NCBI GenBank assembly: GCA_051362555.1
Contig: CM120640.1
Span: 2,170,001 to 2,234,000 of the forward strand
Source of the DNA: Lingula anatina
Taxonomy: Eukaryota > Animalia > Brachiopoda
Length of the DNA: 64,000 nucleotides
Reading direction: 5' to 3'
Below the pieces are notes generated by a model, which saw only the letters and a program-made list of their open reading frames with translations, was not told where the DNA came from and searched no databases. This document shows positions 49,530-61,445 of this stretch, piece by piece. Every line of letters starts with the position of its first letter. The stretch's first letter is position 1. Made by a program: the position numbers and the translations under genes.

Positions 49530-52138
49530 AAGAAACCAGCAGCATGCAGGGAAAGCAAGAGTCTTTCAAGGACACTACTGGAAGACCATGGTTCACGTTG
49601 ATTCTATTGATATGAAACGAAAGACCTTGAGGTGATCAAATGTAAATTTTGCACCTGAGGGATCATGTCAGTGGATTAAATTTGCAAGACTTCACACCCT
49701 GCAAACAAAACAAGCTCTTGACATAGTTTGATTTGGTTGTTTGATAAAATTGAGTGCAATGACATCTGTAAATATTTTCCCAGCACCTTGGAACTATTCA
49801 CATCACAACACTAATCTTATTATTTTTTATTTTGCAACGCATTAAATTTCTAATGTTAACAAAGTTGTAACATGTAATAGTAGTAATTAAGAAAGTAATA
49901 TGGTTTGTTATATTTTATACGTATGCTCTTATATTTGAAATAAATGGAGTCACAGTTTTTTATCAATATCTTATTCACAGCTTGGAAATGGTAAGTTGTA
50001 TATTTGAATCTTGGGTTAAGTTTTAGTTGGCGTCTTGCCAAGGCATCTTGCCAATAGGCTGGGATTTTTATACAATTTGATATACTAAAGTCTTGATACA
50101 TGCAAAACATTTTTTTACATTTTATTACACCATTTTCAACAATTTGTTAAACAACAATCTGCAGTGAAAGCAGTAATTAAATCAATAGATACAGTGTGTT
50201 TGTATCACTTTCAGTTTTGTCCCTGACAACATTCTTACATTTAAATTGGACTAACAATGTATGAAATAAAACATTATGACAGACTATGAAGAAGGTCTTG
50301 TTAAAAAAAAAACATATAAGTATATCATTCAATCAGAGACAGCCTGCTTTGCTACATGTACCAGAGCAGCATAAGAGCTTTAAAAAACAATACAATAATA
50401 CAACTAAGTAAAGATAATAAAATCCAGCTGTTTTTGAATTAACCCACTTAAAAGCATGTAATAGTTCAAATATTCCCTAAGGCAAAGCTTGGTTTAAACA
50501 GACTATTTTTATCTCACTTTATTTTGCACCTTGATAACAGATTTTGCCTAGTCTAAATACACATACATGTACAACCTGCATGTACAGGCATCATATTATA
50601 ACAAGAAATTAATGAAAAAAAAATTATTTTTCAATGCTGAAGTACAATAAAGTTTGACTATTAAATACTAACCATTAAATTAAAGGAGTAGCAAGGCATG
50701 ATAAAAAAGAAAAACTATAATTACACCATTACTTTCACATATTCAATACTGTAACTAGTGGGCATCAATAACATAAAAGTTACCTTTTTACCAATCAAAC
50801 AATCCAGTTCTTTATACGCAATTTTAACAAAGTTCATCCCTCTGAGAAATCCACTGAGTGACATAACTGAAGTTAAAATGATTGATATATTGTAGACAAA
50901 GTTTTCATTTTTTGTTTGAAAGTAAATCCCACATGCAGGGCACATACATCTTTCTGGCATGTAACAGTTCTATCAAAATAGCATCACCAATAACCAAATC
51001 CAGGTTATTTTTTTATTCAGGATGGTATGTACTCCATGTACACAGAATGATTCAATAACAGCACTTAACTTAATTACAACTCACAGCTGCTCTACCACAC
51101 ATACCTCACTGCAGGTAGCTGGAATAAACAGGAATGAAATATCAATGATTTTGTTGACAATAACACATCTATTCAAGCCCTGAAGCATGTAGGTCTGGCA
51201 ACCTGTTAATGCAATTCCCTTGAATTATACCAGATGTCAAAAATATCCTGAAAAACAGGCAGAGCAAGGGGTTGGATGGGGGGGGGGGAATCTTTTTTTT
51301 TTGTAGACATTTATTGTTAAGTGCAACCTCATAGTGCAATCCCTATATATATGTTATTTTAGTAAAGGCATCAATTATCATATAAGAACACAATATTTTG
51401 AATAAGAAAAAGCACATACCAAAATGTTAAAAAAGACAATTTTTGTCATGAGAGTTTATGAAAGTTCAGATTACACAGCATAGTAGGTATCAGTGTACCA
51501 AATATCATCCAGCTATGGAAACTGCTTTCCCAAAAGTGAATGGCTTGATAAGTAGAAAAAAATCACAACCAATAAAAAATACCCTGTCTGTGTCATGAGA
51601 ACAGAAAAATGCATCTGATTTATATTCCAACAGATTATCATGTAACCAGTGGTCCGGACAGCTTGAAGGCCAACAACACACAGGAGTAGAGGCACACAGC
51701 CATGTTGTAGAATATTGACATCCCTTGGGAACTGCTATCCAAATCTGTGTTAACATGTCTTTAAATGTCTTTCAAACCACTGTGATGACAAAAAAAAATT
51801 AATAATAATAATTAAAAAAAAAAAACAGCCATAACTGTCAGCAGACATTAAAATATCACTTACTCTACCTAAATTCAATGAAAAGACCTTAGAGCATCAA
51901 TGAATTGTTCACAACACTGTCCCAAGTTGTTCCCATCGGCTTAAATAAATAAGCTCAACACAAGCAGATAGCCTGCTAAGATGGGTAGACCCAACTTGTC
52001 TGGAAACTCAACTTCAGAGTCTTAAAAAAGGAGAGCTTTTAACAAAGTCAACTCAACTTGAAGAGTCTTTGAAAAAAGCAAGAACATAAACCTTTTTTTA
52101 TGTGATCCGTCTTTTCTGGCCTAGTCCCAATGGCTGTA

Positions 52139-52326
52139 TCAAACACGAATAGTTGTGTCTGTTTTGTGTTCAGTTTCCATCATCTCTGTTAATACGTCTG
52201 TGTCTCCCTCTTCCTGGGCTATCGTCTTTTTCCTCTTTCTGTCAAATTTTGTCAACAAAGCTCCTAATCCTATCCCAACCAAAGTGCCACATAAAAACAT
52301 GGATGCCGCTATACCTGTTACCATAC
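52139..52326 (-). CDS. CTBS: CTBS-like exon 9 (transmembrane helix and cytoplasmic tail)
   Basis: cttttttcag|(G)MVTGIAASMFLCGTLVGIGLGALLTKFDRKRKKTIAQEEGDTDVLTEMMETEHKTDTTIRV*; hydrophobic stretch then basic stop-transfer cluster; phase matches exon 8. Confidence 0.82.
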
Positions 52327-53746
52327 CTGAAAAAAGTACCAAATAACTGACATGAGAAATGCACATAAGAGGACCTATCATGTTAAATTTGTCGAAATAA
52401 CTTAAATTTGATCTATAAGGAATCTGAAAAAATGAAGTAAAACTTACCAATTTGAAAATGTTTGAATGTTAAACAATTATCCTATAATGAAAATAATCTT
52501 TACTTTAACTGTAAAACATTATAAGCCAGTTTTCAAAGCTCTGCCCTTCTGAAGAAGCAGGCAAGAGAAGGATTGGAAACAAACTGATATGTTGTATTTA
52601 TCTTTCTTCACACTTCTAATTAAAATACCACTTCAGAATATTGTAACATGAAGTTTTATACAATGGTTCTATTTAGGTGCAATTCTTTTAAATATCATAG
52701 TGTATCAAAATAGAAGGGTACCTGGGAGTTGTTCGTCACATGCTCTACTCTCATACTTGTATGCCTCTACCAGGTCTACTGCTTCCCACATATGATATGT
52801 GAAATTTTGGATTTCTTTCTGTGATGAGTTGTATTCTAAGCTGTCTCCATACCATACTGCAATTCCTACATAAAAAGTTTATATATATATATATATTTGA
52901 TTATAAAAATTAGTGACAAAATAAAACAGCAAATAAAAAAATGTATGAAAGTTCTTTAAAAAACAGCAACAAGTTTTATAGTCATTTATTTTCATATTTC
53001 CCTTGAAATTTAGAGATGAAACAAATTCAGCTGAAATAATTACATAAATGTATAATGAACTGCATATTTTAAAACCATCCTAACTATCATTGTCTTGTTG
53101 AAACAAAAAATGAATGACAGCCATGGTTGACAACACAATGAGTGCTGCACAGCTCAATCTCACCTAACACAATCTGTCTGTCATGCAATGAAACAGTAAC
53201 AGCACCTTACTTACCTTTAAAATTAGCTTCTTTAGAGTATGCATATTTTGTCCAGGTACTTTGTTCATCTTCATACCAAACTTGATACATATAACCATCA
53301 GTGGTATTCTGATGAGAAAATAACACAGGATTACACAGGGTTATCAACAGCAAATTTCTAAGAATAATTTTACAATGGAATAATACCTGTTTTTTACAAT
53401 GGAATAATACCTGAAAAACAATTTATCTCCCAAATGAAATGAACCCCTTAATATCTTCATTATTAATAGGTATTTTACCTGTCAATCAAGTCATGGAACC
53501 TAATACCAGTTGTACACTTTCAAGACTTACTAAATAGCCAAAAGAATTGGTCACTTACCTTGAAATTAAAATAAGGTGTTCTGTACCCAGAATGCCACAG
53601 TCTGGAGGCGTTATACTGGACTTTGATTGCCAGTATTTTGGCCAGTGACAGTCTCTCGCCAGTGGCATAGCTGCAGTTAACACCATGGAATGGTTTTGGA
53701 GAAACAATACATCTGTTGGTCTGAAAAAAGTGACGTACATAAAAAA

Positions 53747-53777
<31 letters not shown>

Positions 53778-56075
53778 TAATTAATATCCTTGAGATAAAA
53801 CTGTTACTAGAGGGTCAAAGCAGCAATACCGCCATCAAGTTTTGCACCATCAGCAGGAATGAGATAATTCAAGGCTGCTTTCAGAACAATGGACTAACTA
53901 GTCCTTGGGTCAAATATGGCTACCCACTGAAAAGTTTACCATAAATAGATTTCCTATAAGGAAGTAAGTGGGTCGGCCATATTTGATCCCGGACTAGTTA
54001 TTCCACTGTTCTGAATACATCCAAAGTTTAACAATATTTACAATGCCTTTATCAGCCAGCTTTACCTTGGGATCAAAGTGTATACACCTGTACTTGTATC
54101 CGTACCAAGGTACTGACAGGACCATCTGGTTGACAGGCATATTAACGGACATGTACATGGTGTAACCTGCAATGTATGGCAGGCAGACATCTTACGTTAG
54201 ATCCAAGAAAACATCTCTTTTGGTTCAGAAAGTAACTACAAGGAACATTTATCATTACCACTGCATCAGAACCTGTTCATACAACAACCAGTCATTACTG
54301 TTAATGGAGAATACTTCTGCTAGTCAAACAAAAATACATACACATAAGTATAAAATAATTGTAAAGAAAGAAAGAACTAAGTAGTGAGGGGGTGTTCACT
54401 GTAAATAAGTTCACTGTAAATAAGAAATTCCATGTGTAATTCCATGTTGAATGTCATCCCAAAACACCTATACTTGAACTTGTTACAACATATACATGTT
54501 CCAGTGAATCAGAACCCTCTTGGCTTCATTTTAGTTATAAATCATACTGAGACTGCATGTACATCCTTACCATACAAAATCCGTGCAAACGGTGCATGTG
54601 CCCCTGCTGTGCAGTTCCCTCCCCAGTCATGTACGCCATGAATGTGGTCAGATTTGATGATGAACAGATCAACTATTTCAGCCATTTCAGCTTCTGGCAA
54701 GCACATGTCATCAAAACAATAAGGCATCCAAGGTACACTAAATGATAACTAGTAAAGAAAGAAAATATCTTAATATAAACATGTGATATACGTATATATA
54801 TATATATATATATACCTTTGTTGTGTATGATTCACAATCATTTTAGCATGTACAGTATTACATGTACCACCCAAAATGGTAAGAGATCAAATTAGAGGAT
54901 TCAATGCACAAAGTGGTGTTTTTAAACAGACACATGTGCTAGTAATAGATTATAATTAAAATGTATGAAACCCATGAAATAATTGTCAAATTACAGTGTG
55001 CACCAATACTTTGAAATAATTCTCAATTTATTGGTGCATGCTATAGCTGTGTCCATACCAAACTAATCCACAGAAACTGTCCTACCTGACATTTTGTGGT
55101 ACTTCCATCCCCAACAACTGGAAAGTTCCCTATCATATCATCAAAACCGTTCCTAATGTCTCTCAAAACAGAAACTAGAAGTCTGCTATCGTTAGAGTCT
55201 TGTGCTAGAGGCACGTCAAGGTCCAGATTTATGGCATCATTCCTCGTACAGTGAGACTGAAAAATTAACCCCTTTGTGAAGTTTTCCCTAAACTCTGTAT
55301 CGTAAAATGCTGTGATGTTTTTCAATACATCTGAAAAAAAAAAGCATAATGTCTCTCATTAATGTATGGTTCTAGTATCTCCATTTAACAAGGTTGGGTT
55401 TCTGATATATTTATTTATTTAGATCACCACCATTTACAATGGAATGAAAACAAAAACAAAATAAGATGAAATAAAATACATAAAATAACAAGCCTTCAAA
55501 AAACTCTCACATACATATGTGTGAAAATAAGTCAAATATGTAACAAAAACTGAATAAAATTTTGTGAAAAGCCATGTGTAAAAGATTTATCATCACCTAA
55601 TCTCATTTATACCAAACTTCCCATTTCACACATCTTTGTATATTTCAAATATCATGGTGTGTGTGTGTGTGTGTGTGGGGGGGGGGGGGTTAATCATTCA
55701 GGAATGTGGGTAAAATATAAGTACGTGTAAGTTGATACACTATCTCTAGGCAGGAGAGTATCATATTACCCTGATCATGCAGGTACCCCCAGTACTCATT
55801 CACACACTAAGGTTTAATTAAGTCACTGGGAGCACCAACAATAACCTGAGGCACAATGACAGTAGTCAAGATGCAATGTTACATCACTCACATTATATAA
55901 ACCTTGGTTCAAAATGTCATGTGGGAATGGATATGGCTTACATCATTAACATTCTCGACCCTTGGGGTGGTATATTATACACAATGCAGCTAGGTGTTGC
56001 TTGCCTTCTACCTGCATGCTCCCTTACTACATATGTAGCTTACCCGGAACTTGTGTATGACTAAATAATATATAT

Positions 56076-56139
<64 letters not shown>

Positions 56140-59100
56140 ATATGTATATAAACTAGATAAGTGGATGTCATTTCATCTCTTTACATTATAATTGCAATCA
56201 AGTCACAACACTGTATCTCCACCAAAGTCATAAATCCTGCCTTTGCCAACTGAAATCATAGCACGGTTTCTGTGACAAAACTGTCTAAAAAGGAGTACAC
56301 AGTAAACAATGGGGGCTAAAATTGACTTGTATATCTCTATGCCATGACAGGCTCCATGTATAGTCTTCCCACACACTGTTTGTCTACTGGGACTGTTATC
56401 ATCTCAAACAGCCAGGAGACGAGACAGGTGAAGAAATTTAATGATTTTTAAAAGCAAGGAGGTGTAATGGAGAACTGATGTGGATTAACGACTTTATATT
56501 AAGTGAAAATAAGTGTGCACTTTGAAATTTTGCTTTTGTAAATTTGCTTTTCTGTTTTTTTTTTTTTTGTTTTTTTTAGTAAATCAATTCTGTGCTGCTC
56601 AAGCTAACATATTTCTATGAGGCTGGATATGTGTTTTCAGATGCTTCCGAACAGCAAAAATCAAACCACTTGACATTTTCATAGACATTTAACCATCAAA
56701 ATAACAAATGGCTATCAATTTCATATTTCCTTAAAAGCATGCAGACTATACTTAAGTATATGCGTAGAACCCTACCCCCCCCTTCACCCTCCCCCCCTCC
56801 CCAAAAAAAAAAAAAAAAAATGAACAGTTAAAACTCACATCTCAGTCCATATCTGGCTCCCTGTTTGTGGGCGTGGCACATCAGCTCCGGGTCATGGAAG
56901 TTCTCAGTGTATACCACTGTAATATTTCTCCAGTCCCAGTGGAGGTAAGTTTTACTAGTCACATCCTTGTCCTTGGCAAATACAATCACCTGAAATTAAA
57001 ACAAAACCAAAAAGGTGTTGTAAAAGACTATAGCAGAACTTTCCTCCATTAAAAAACAAAAGAGACAGACATTTCTCCCTCCCTTCCCTCCCTTTGCCTT
57101 AAATATTGAAGAGTTTGTACAAGAAAATAATGTATTAAGAAATATTTTTCGATATTGAAATGATGTAACTATAGAGGATATGCAGATATTAATGGAAAGA
57201 ATTAGAGGATATAGAAATTCGTTAAGATGGAAAAGTCTAAAGTGACAATTGACTCCGGTGGATATATGTCCACATACAATCATTTTATCACAAACATTCA
57301 TAAACAGATTATGGTTTACATTACGTGTACCAAAATGCATAACAAAATAATGCAACATTGTTATATATTATCTATATAACAATGAGACATAATTATATAT
57401 AAGCACATGAGCCACATGATAAACACACCTGGAGACCATTTGTCTATCATTACCACTGATACATTGCTTTATGTACTGATCAATACCCAGTCTATGGACA
57501 ATATATTCATCCTTGGACAGCTTAATGGAAAATAATCAGTATTTTGTATCAATATCGTCTTTTTCAGGAAACCAATGTGATAAAAAGCTGCCAGTACTTA
57601 GGGCTCCTAAACTATGGCAAATGGATTTTAACGAATGATTCACCTTATAAGCTACCTGGTCTTTGATGAATCATGCTTTTACCAAAATGCATTTAGTTAA
57701 CTTTAAGATCTAAGAACTTTTCTTTGTTTTATATAAAACTATGCATATGCGTTTTTTATGTGTGAGATTGAGAAGGTGCATCTGCCTACTCCAAAGAGCT
57801 CTTCTTTCAACCCCTCCCCCCCACACACCACTCCCTGTCTATGAACCTGACAAAAAAGCAACTCTCAAACAGTAAAAAAATAAAAAATAAAAAAAAAACA
57901 GTACTGAGGTTACAAACTGCAATACTTGACTTCATAAAACTGCATGACTGTGATTTTTTCAGTTGTTCTTTTAGATATATACCTTTAAATAAAAGAGAAA
58001 TCCTTTAAAAATATAATGGAAATGCTATCAACCAAAAACCACACAAAAGAGTGTGACCAAGCTTGTAAGATGGCCATTTGTTATCAATGAGGTAAAATTA
58101 GATGACAAATAAATCGTCTGCACTGGCAACACCCTAGCAACCACAGCCAGCCATATATTTGCTGAAGTAGAACATTAAATGTGCTATGAATGCATTCGGA
58201 ACAGCAGACTAACGGATCTGCGAATCAAATATGGCCAACCCGCTAGAATGCTTGTTGAGTAATCCCCGCAAGAAATCTATTTAGTATCTAATCGAGAATT
58301 AAGATGCAATCTTTTTTGGGGGTCACTTGATCCGCTGTTTTGGTCCACTAGCTGTTTTGAATATGCTCTATGTCATTCTCCTATTCTGCCTCAGGTAAAT
58401 GACATGACCAACATCAAGAACACACACACTATATTTATACTGGTATATCATCATTTTTATACAGTTATAAAAAAAGAGCCTCTTATATCATTTTTTTTAA
58501 TGTTTTAATTTTGTTTGTGCTTGAGTGAACCACCCCTATAGTCCATACATTATGCTACAGTGACAGTAAAAACCTTGTAACCAGTGGCAAACTAAAGGGA
58601 GCACATCTTTCATATAAGAAAATGACGATGGATGACATCATAACGCAGTACGTGAGACTTGTCTCCACCCAGTGACATCAGCCTCAGGCCACCATTTCAC
58701 AAAATGACAAAAACCTAATGCAGACTGCATGCTGAACTTTTAGTCCAATAACTTAAAGAATCCATAAATAAATGTCCCTCATCCCCCTTTTTAATCTGTC
58801 TTTTAACCAAGATCCTACAGCAAATTTTACCTATGTTGACAATTGATTTTTCTCTTAGTACTCTGTCAACTACATTTATTGTGAGTTAACCATTGATAAA
58901 ATACTCTAAGACCAATATACCAAACCAGACTTTACATAGTCACCTAGTGAACAATTTTAGCAGGCTAAACAGAGACCAAAATTTGAACATCATAGCCATT
59001 TCTTCCTTGTTCTAAAACAAAGAATCGCAAAGGCCAGAAATTGACTAAACTTAAAAGAAAGAAAAAAATGTACACATACATGTATGTATGCCCCTCTCAG

Positions 59101-60408
59101 TCCAGTCTTTAATGAGAATTTTATCAGATAAACACATTTAGAACACTACATGGGGGTCCCTACAGTATGATTGGTCAAATGGAGTGCAGCTTTACTGATG
59201 TACTAGTATAGCTTACATGAATATGAATGAAAGACTGATACCACAAGACATCAAAAACAACATACATGTAGACCTCTTCACACAAAAAGTTATGAATATT
59301 ATTCCGACATTAATTGGTTAACTGACATGAACAAGATGTGAAAATATGAATACCACATGTAGGCACTTTCTAATTAGATAATAAGGGGTTTACCTGGTAC
59401 TCTACAGCTATTAACTGTGTAATTTGAAATAAAATGATCATTATATCTCCCAGGAAAGGAAAGGCACTGGGTGATTAGAAGTGGCAATGAACGGCATGAC
59501 TGTGGACAATATCATCTGCAAACTAACTGATAACTAGAGGTAAAAATATGCCACGGGAATAACAGACTTTTCTAAACATTTCTTTTTAGCAAAGAAGTCA
59601 TTTTGTTAAATCAGTTTCTTTAAAGTGCTTTATTGATCAAAATCATTCAGTGACACTTTTATTTCTTGGTCAATTTAGTTACAGCAAAACTGTAATATCT
59701 CTTGTGAGTTAGGCAAAAATGAAAGCAGCGCTTTACCTGACCATATTTCAAAAAACCTATAAATTGTGTTTGTCACTGATGTCATCAATGTCACCCCGAC
59801 CTATTCAGGTTAGAGAGGATATTAAAAAAAAACATTTACCCACTACTTTCAAAACACTTCTTATAATGTACTTCACATGAACTTCAGCAGTCATTATTGG
59901 TCTGAGGAATTTTTGTACTTTGTGAGATACTGATAAAAGAGCTGCACCCAGAGGAGTGGTATATAAAAGACATCTACTGTTACATCACTAAGGGGCAGGT
60001 GGTGGGTGAAGAACAGTCAAGCTATAACCTGTTCACTGCTCAGTATATAAGATCATTCATGCATAGTATAAAGAGTATATCACGTATATGGAATTTTAAT
60101 GGTACAGAAAACAATTTATTCCTTAATGCTTTAATTCTGTTCACGCCATGTTTATTGTGCACAGATAAGGGGGGGGGGGGTTGCAAAGGGGGGGTGGGAT
60201 GGTATGAGGTGGGCAGCCAATCCAATTGTAACATCATTTTATTTAAGAGTAGACAGGCCCATAGCCAGCAATTTCAAAAGGGGGGGGGGGGGGGAGTCTT
60301 TTTCTGAATAAGTGGACCTTTTCCCATAAAAACTTCATGTACCTAGATCAAATTTTATCCAGAGTGGACCTTTTCCTAGCAAAAGGGGCAGTTCTTTCGA
60401 ACCCCCCA

Positions 60409-60479
<71 letters not shown>

Positions 60480-61445
60480 CTACGGGCCTGGTAGACTACC
60501 AGGCCAGTAGCCAGGGGGGGTTCGGGGGGTTCGAAAGAACCGCCCCTTTTGGTGGGAAAAGGTCCACTCTGGGTAAATTTTGATCTAGGTTTATGAAGTT
60601 TTTATGGAAAAAGGTCCACTTTTTCAGAAAAAGAACCCCCCTTTTGAAATTGCTGGCTACGGGCCTGACTACACACTTCTACCACTACTGATCTACTTCT
60701 TTACTTCTATCCCCTCCACCCCCAGTCTAGTATGACATCACACAGTGACAAAAGCTAGCTGTCCAGGATTCTAAGTTATAGGCCATATTGTATAGTGGTC
60801 TTGAAATAAGTCTATTCTATTGATTATGCATTGTTAGTCTTCTATTCACCCTAAAAGTCATAGTTTACATACCCTATCAAAACACCTTCCAAAATGGAAA
60901 AGGCATGCTGACTATATTATGTTGAAATTCCTGTAAACTTTTATAACAAAAAAAAAAAATAATACCAGGAATAGTGATACCGTTTCCATCACCAGTGATA
61001 CCCATGGTGATCAGGCATATTCACACTGGGAACATTTTTCACATGCAACAGCTTTTTGTAATGGCACATCAGCTGAATATTGATGCATATATTTTAAGTC
61101 AAAAAGGCACAAGTCTATGCCATGCAGTGTGTAAAATATAAAACCCTACACACCCATAAGCAAACATGCACCGTCAGTAGCATGTGTAAATAGCACTTGT
61201 TCCTATGCTAATACTCTTACATATCTATGCTAATACTCATTCTGTTACAATATCAAGTGGTGTGATTTCTTCCATACCTCTTTCCTGTGCTTATTGGCCA
61301 CTATAGGTTTACATTGCTCCAGTGTCTTGCAATCACATGGGTAAGTTTTGTCACAATAATAGGAAGACCCAAACTGGGCACAGGTCACTATGAGGGCCGA
61401 GCCCAAGAGATACAGCCTAAACACAGCAGTCCTGAACATAGTCAT
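52139..61445 (-). CDS. CTBS: Di-N-acetylchitobiase-like GH18 protein with C-terminal TM helix, 476 aa; join(complement 61278..61445, 56839..56989, 55086..55330, 54571..54748, 54066..54166, 53559..53720, 53215..53308, 52722..52865, 52139..52326)
   Basis: Nine GT-AG exons sum to 1431 nt in one frame. CTBS hallmarks: signal peptide, C.C....C.P, WDWRNIT, DPELMCHAHKQGAR, VPWYGY.Y.C, PF.G..CS, PYFNFK, QVWYED, GIAVW..D.L.Y, MWE. May be a divergent paralog rather than the ortholog. Confidence 0.88.
52722..52865 (-). CDS. CTBS: CTBS-like exon 8 (end of GH18 barrel and stalk)
   Basis: (G)IAVWYGDSLEYNSSQKEIQNFTYHMWEAVDLVEAYKYESRACDEQLP|gtaccc. Confidence 0.88.
53215..53308 (-). CDS. CTBS: CTBS-like exon 7
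   Basis: NTTDGYMYQVWYEDEQSTWTKYAYSKEANFK|gtaagt. Confidence 0.9.
53559..53720 (-). CDS. CTBS: CTBS-like exon 6
   Basis: TNRCIVSPKPFHGVNCSYATGERLSLAKILAIKVQYNASRLWHSGYRTPYFNFK|gtaagt. Confidence 0.92.
53873..54022. mobile_element. Tourist/Harbinger-like MITE (family D) in a CTBS-like intron
   Basis: ttcagaaca..ggactaactagtcc..ggtcaaatatggc.acccact / agtgggtcggccatatttgatcc.ggactagtta..tgttctgaa; similar to 38589-38761. Confidence 0.7.
54066..54166 (-). CDS. CTBS: CTBS-like exon 5
   Basis: (G)YTMYMSVNMPVNQMVLSVPWYGYKYRCIHFDPK|gtaaag. Confidence 0.92.
54571..54748 (-). CDS. CTBS: CTBS-like exon 4
   Basis: LSFSVPWMPYCFDDMCLPEAEMAEIVDLFIIKSDHIHGVHDWGGNCTAGAHAPFARILY|gtaagg. Confidence 0.88.
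55086..55330 (-). CDS. CTBS: CTBS-like exon 3 (degenerate catalytic motif DAINLDLD)
   Basis: (Y)VLKNITAFYDTEFRENFTKGLIFQSHCTRNDAINLDLDVPLAQDSNDSRLLVSVLRDIRNGF...KCQ|gtagga. Confidence 0.88.
56078..56135. repeat. (GT)n microsatellite
   Basis: Directly visible. Confidence 0.97.
56839..56989 (-). CDS. CTBS: CTBS-like exon 2
   Basis: VIVFAKDKDVTSKTYLHWDWRNITVVYTENFHDPELMCHAHKQGARYGLR|gtgagt; not in the ORF track on this strand. Confidence 0.92.
58188..58368. mobile_element. Degenerate family D MITE
   Basis: gcattcggaacagcagactaac..atcaaatatggccaaccc with a partly complementary right arm. Confidence 0.5.
60254..60490 (-). mobile_element. MITE family B copy (inverted orientation, expanded C-run)
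   Basis: Reverse complement of family B; TSD gtaga/gtaga; about 68-nt C homopolymer. Confidence 0.85.
60500..60667 (+). mobile_element. MITE family B copy
   Basis: TIRs; TSD actac/actac. Confidence 0.85.
61278..61445 (-). CDS. CTBS: CTBS-like coding exon 1 (signal peptide and Cys motif)
   Basis: MTMFRTAVFRLYLLGSALIVTCAQFG...PCDCKTLEQCKPIVANKHRKE|gtatgg; acceptor ctttttatttacag near 61507. Confidence 0.85.
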
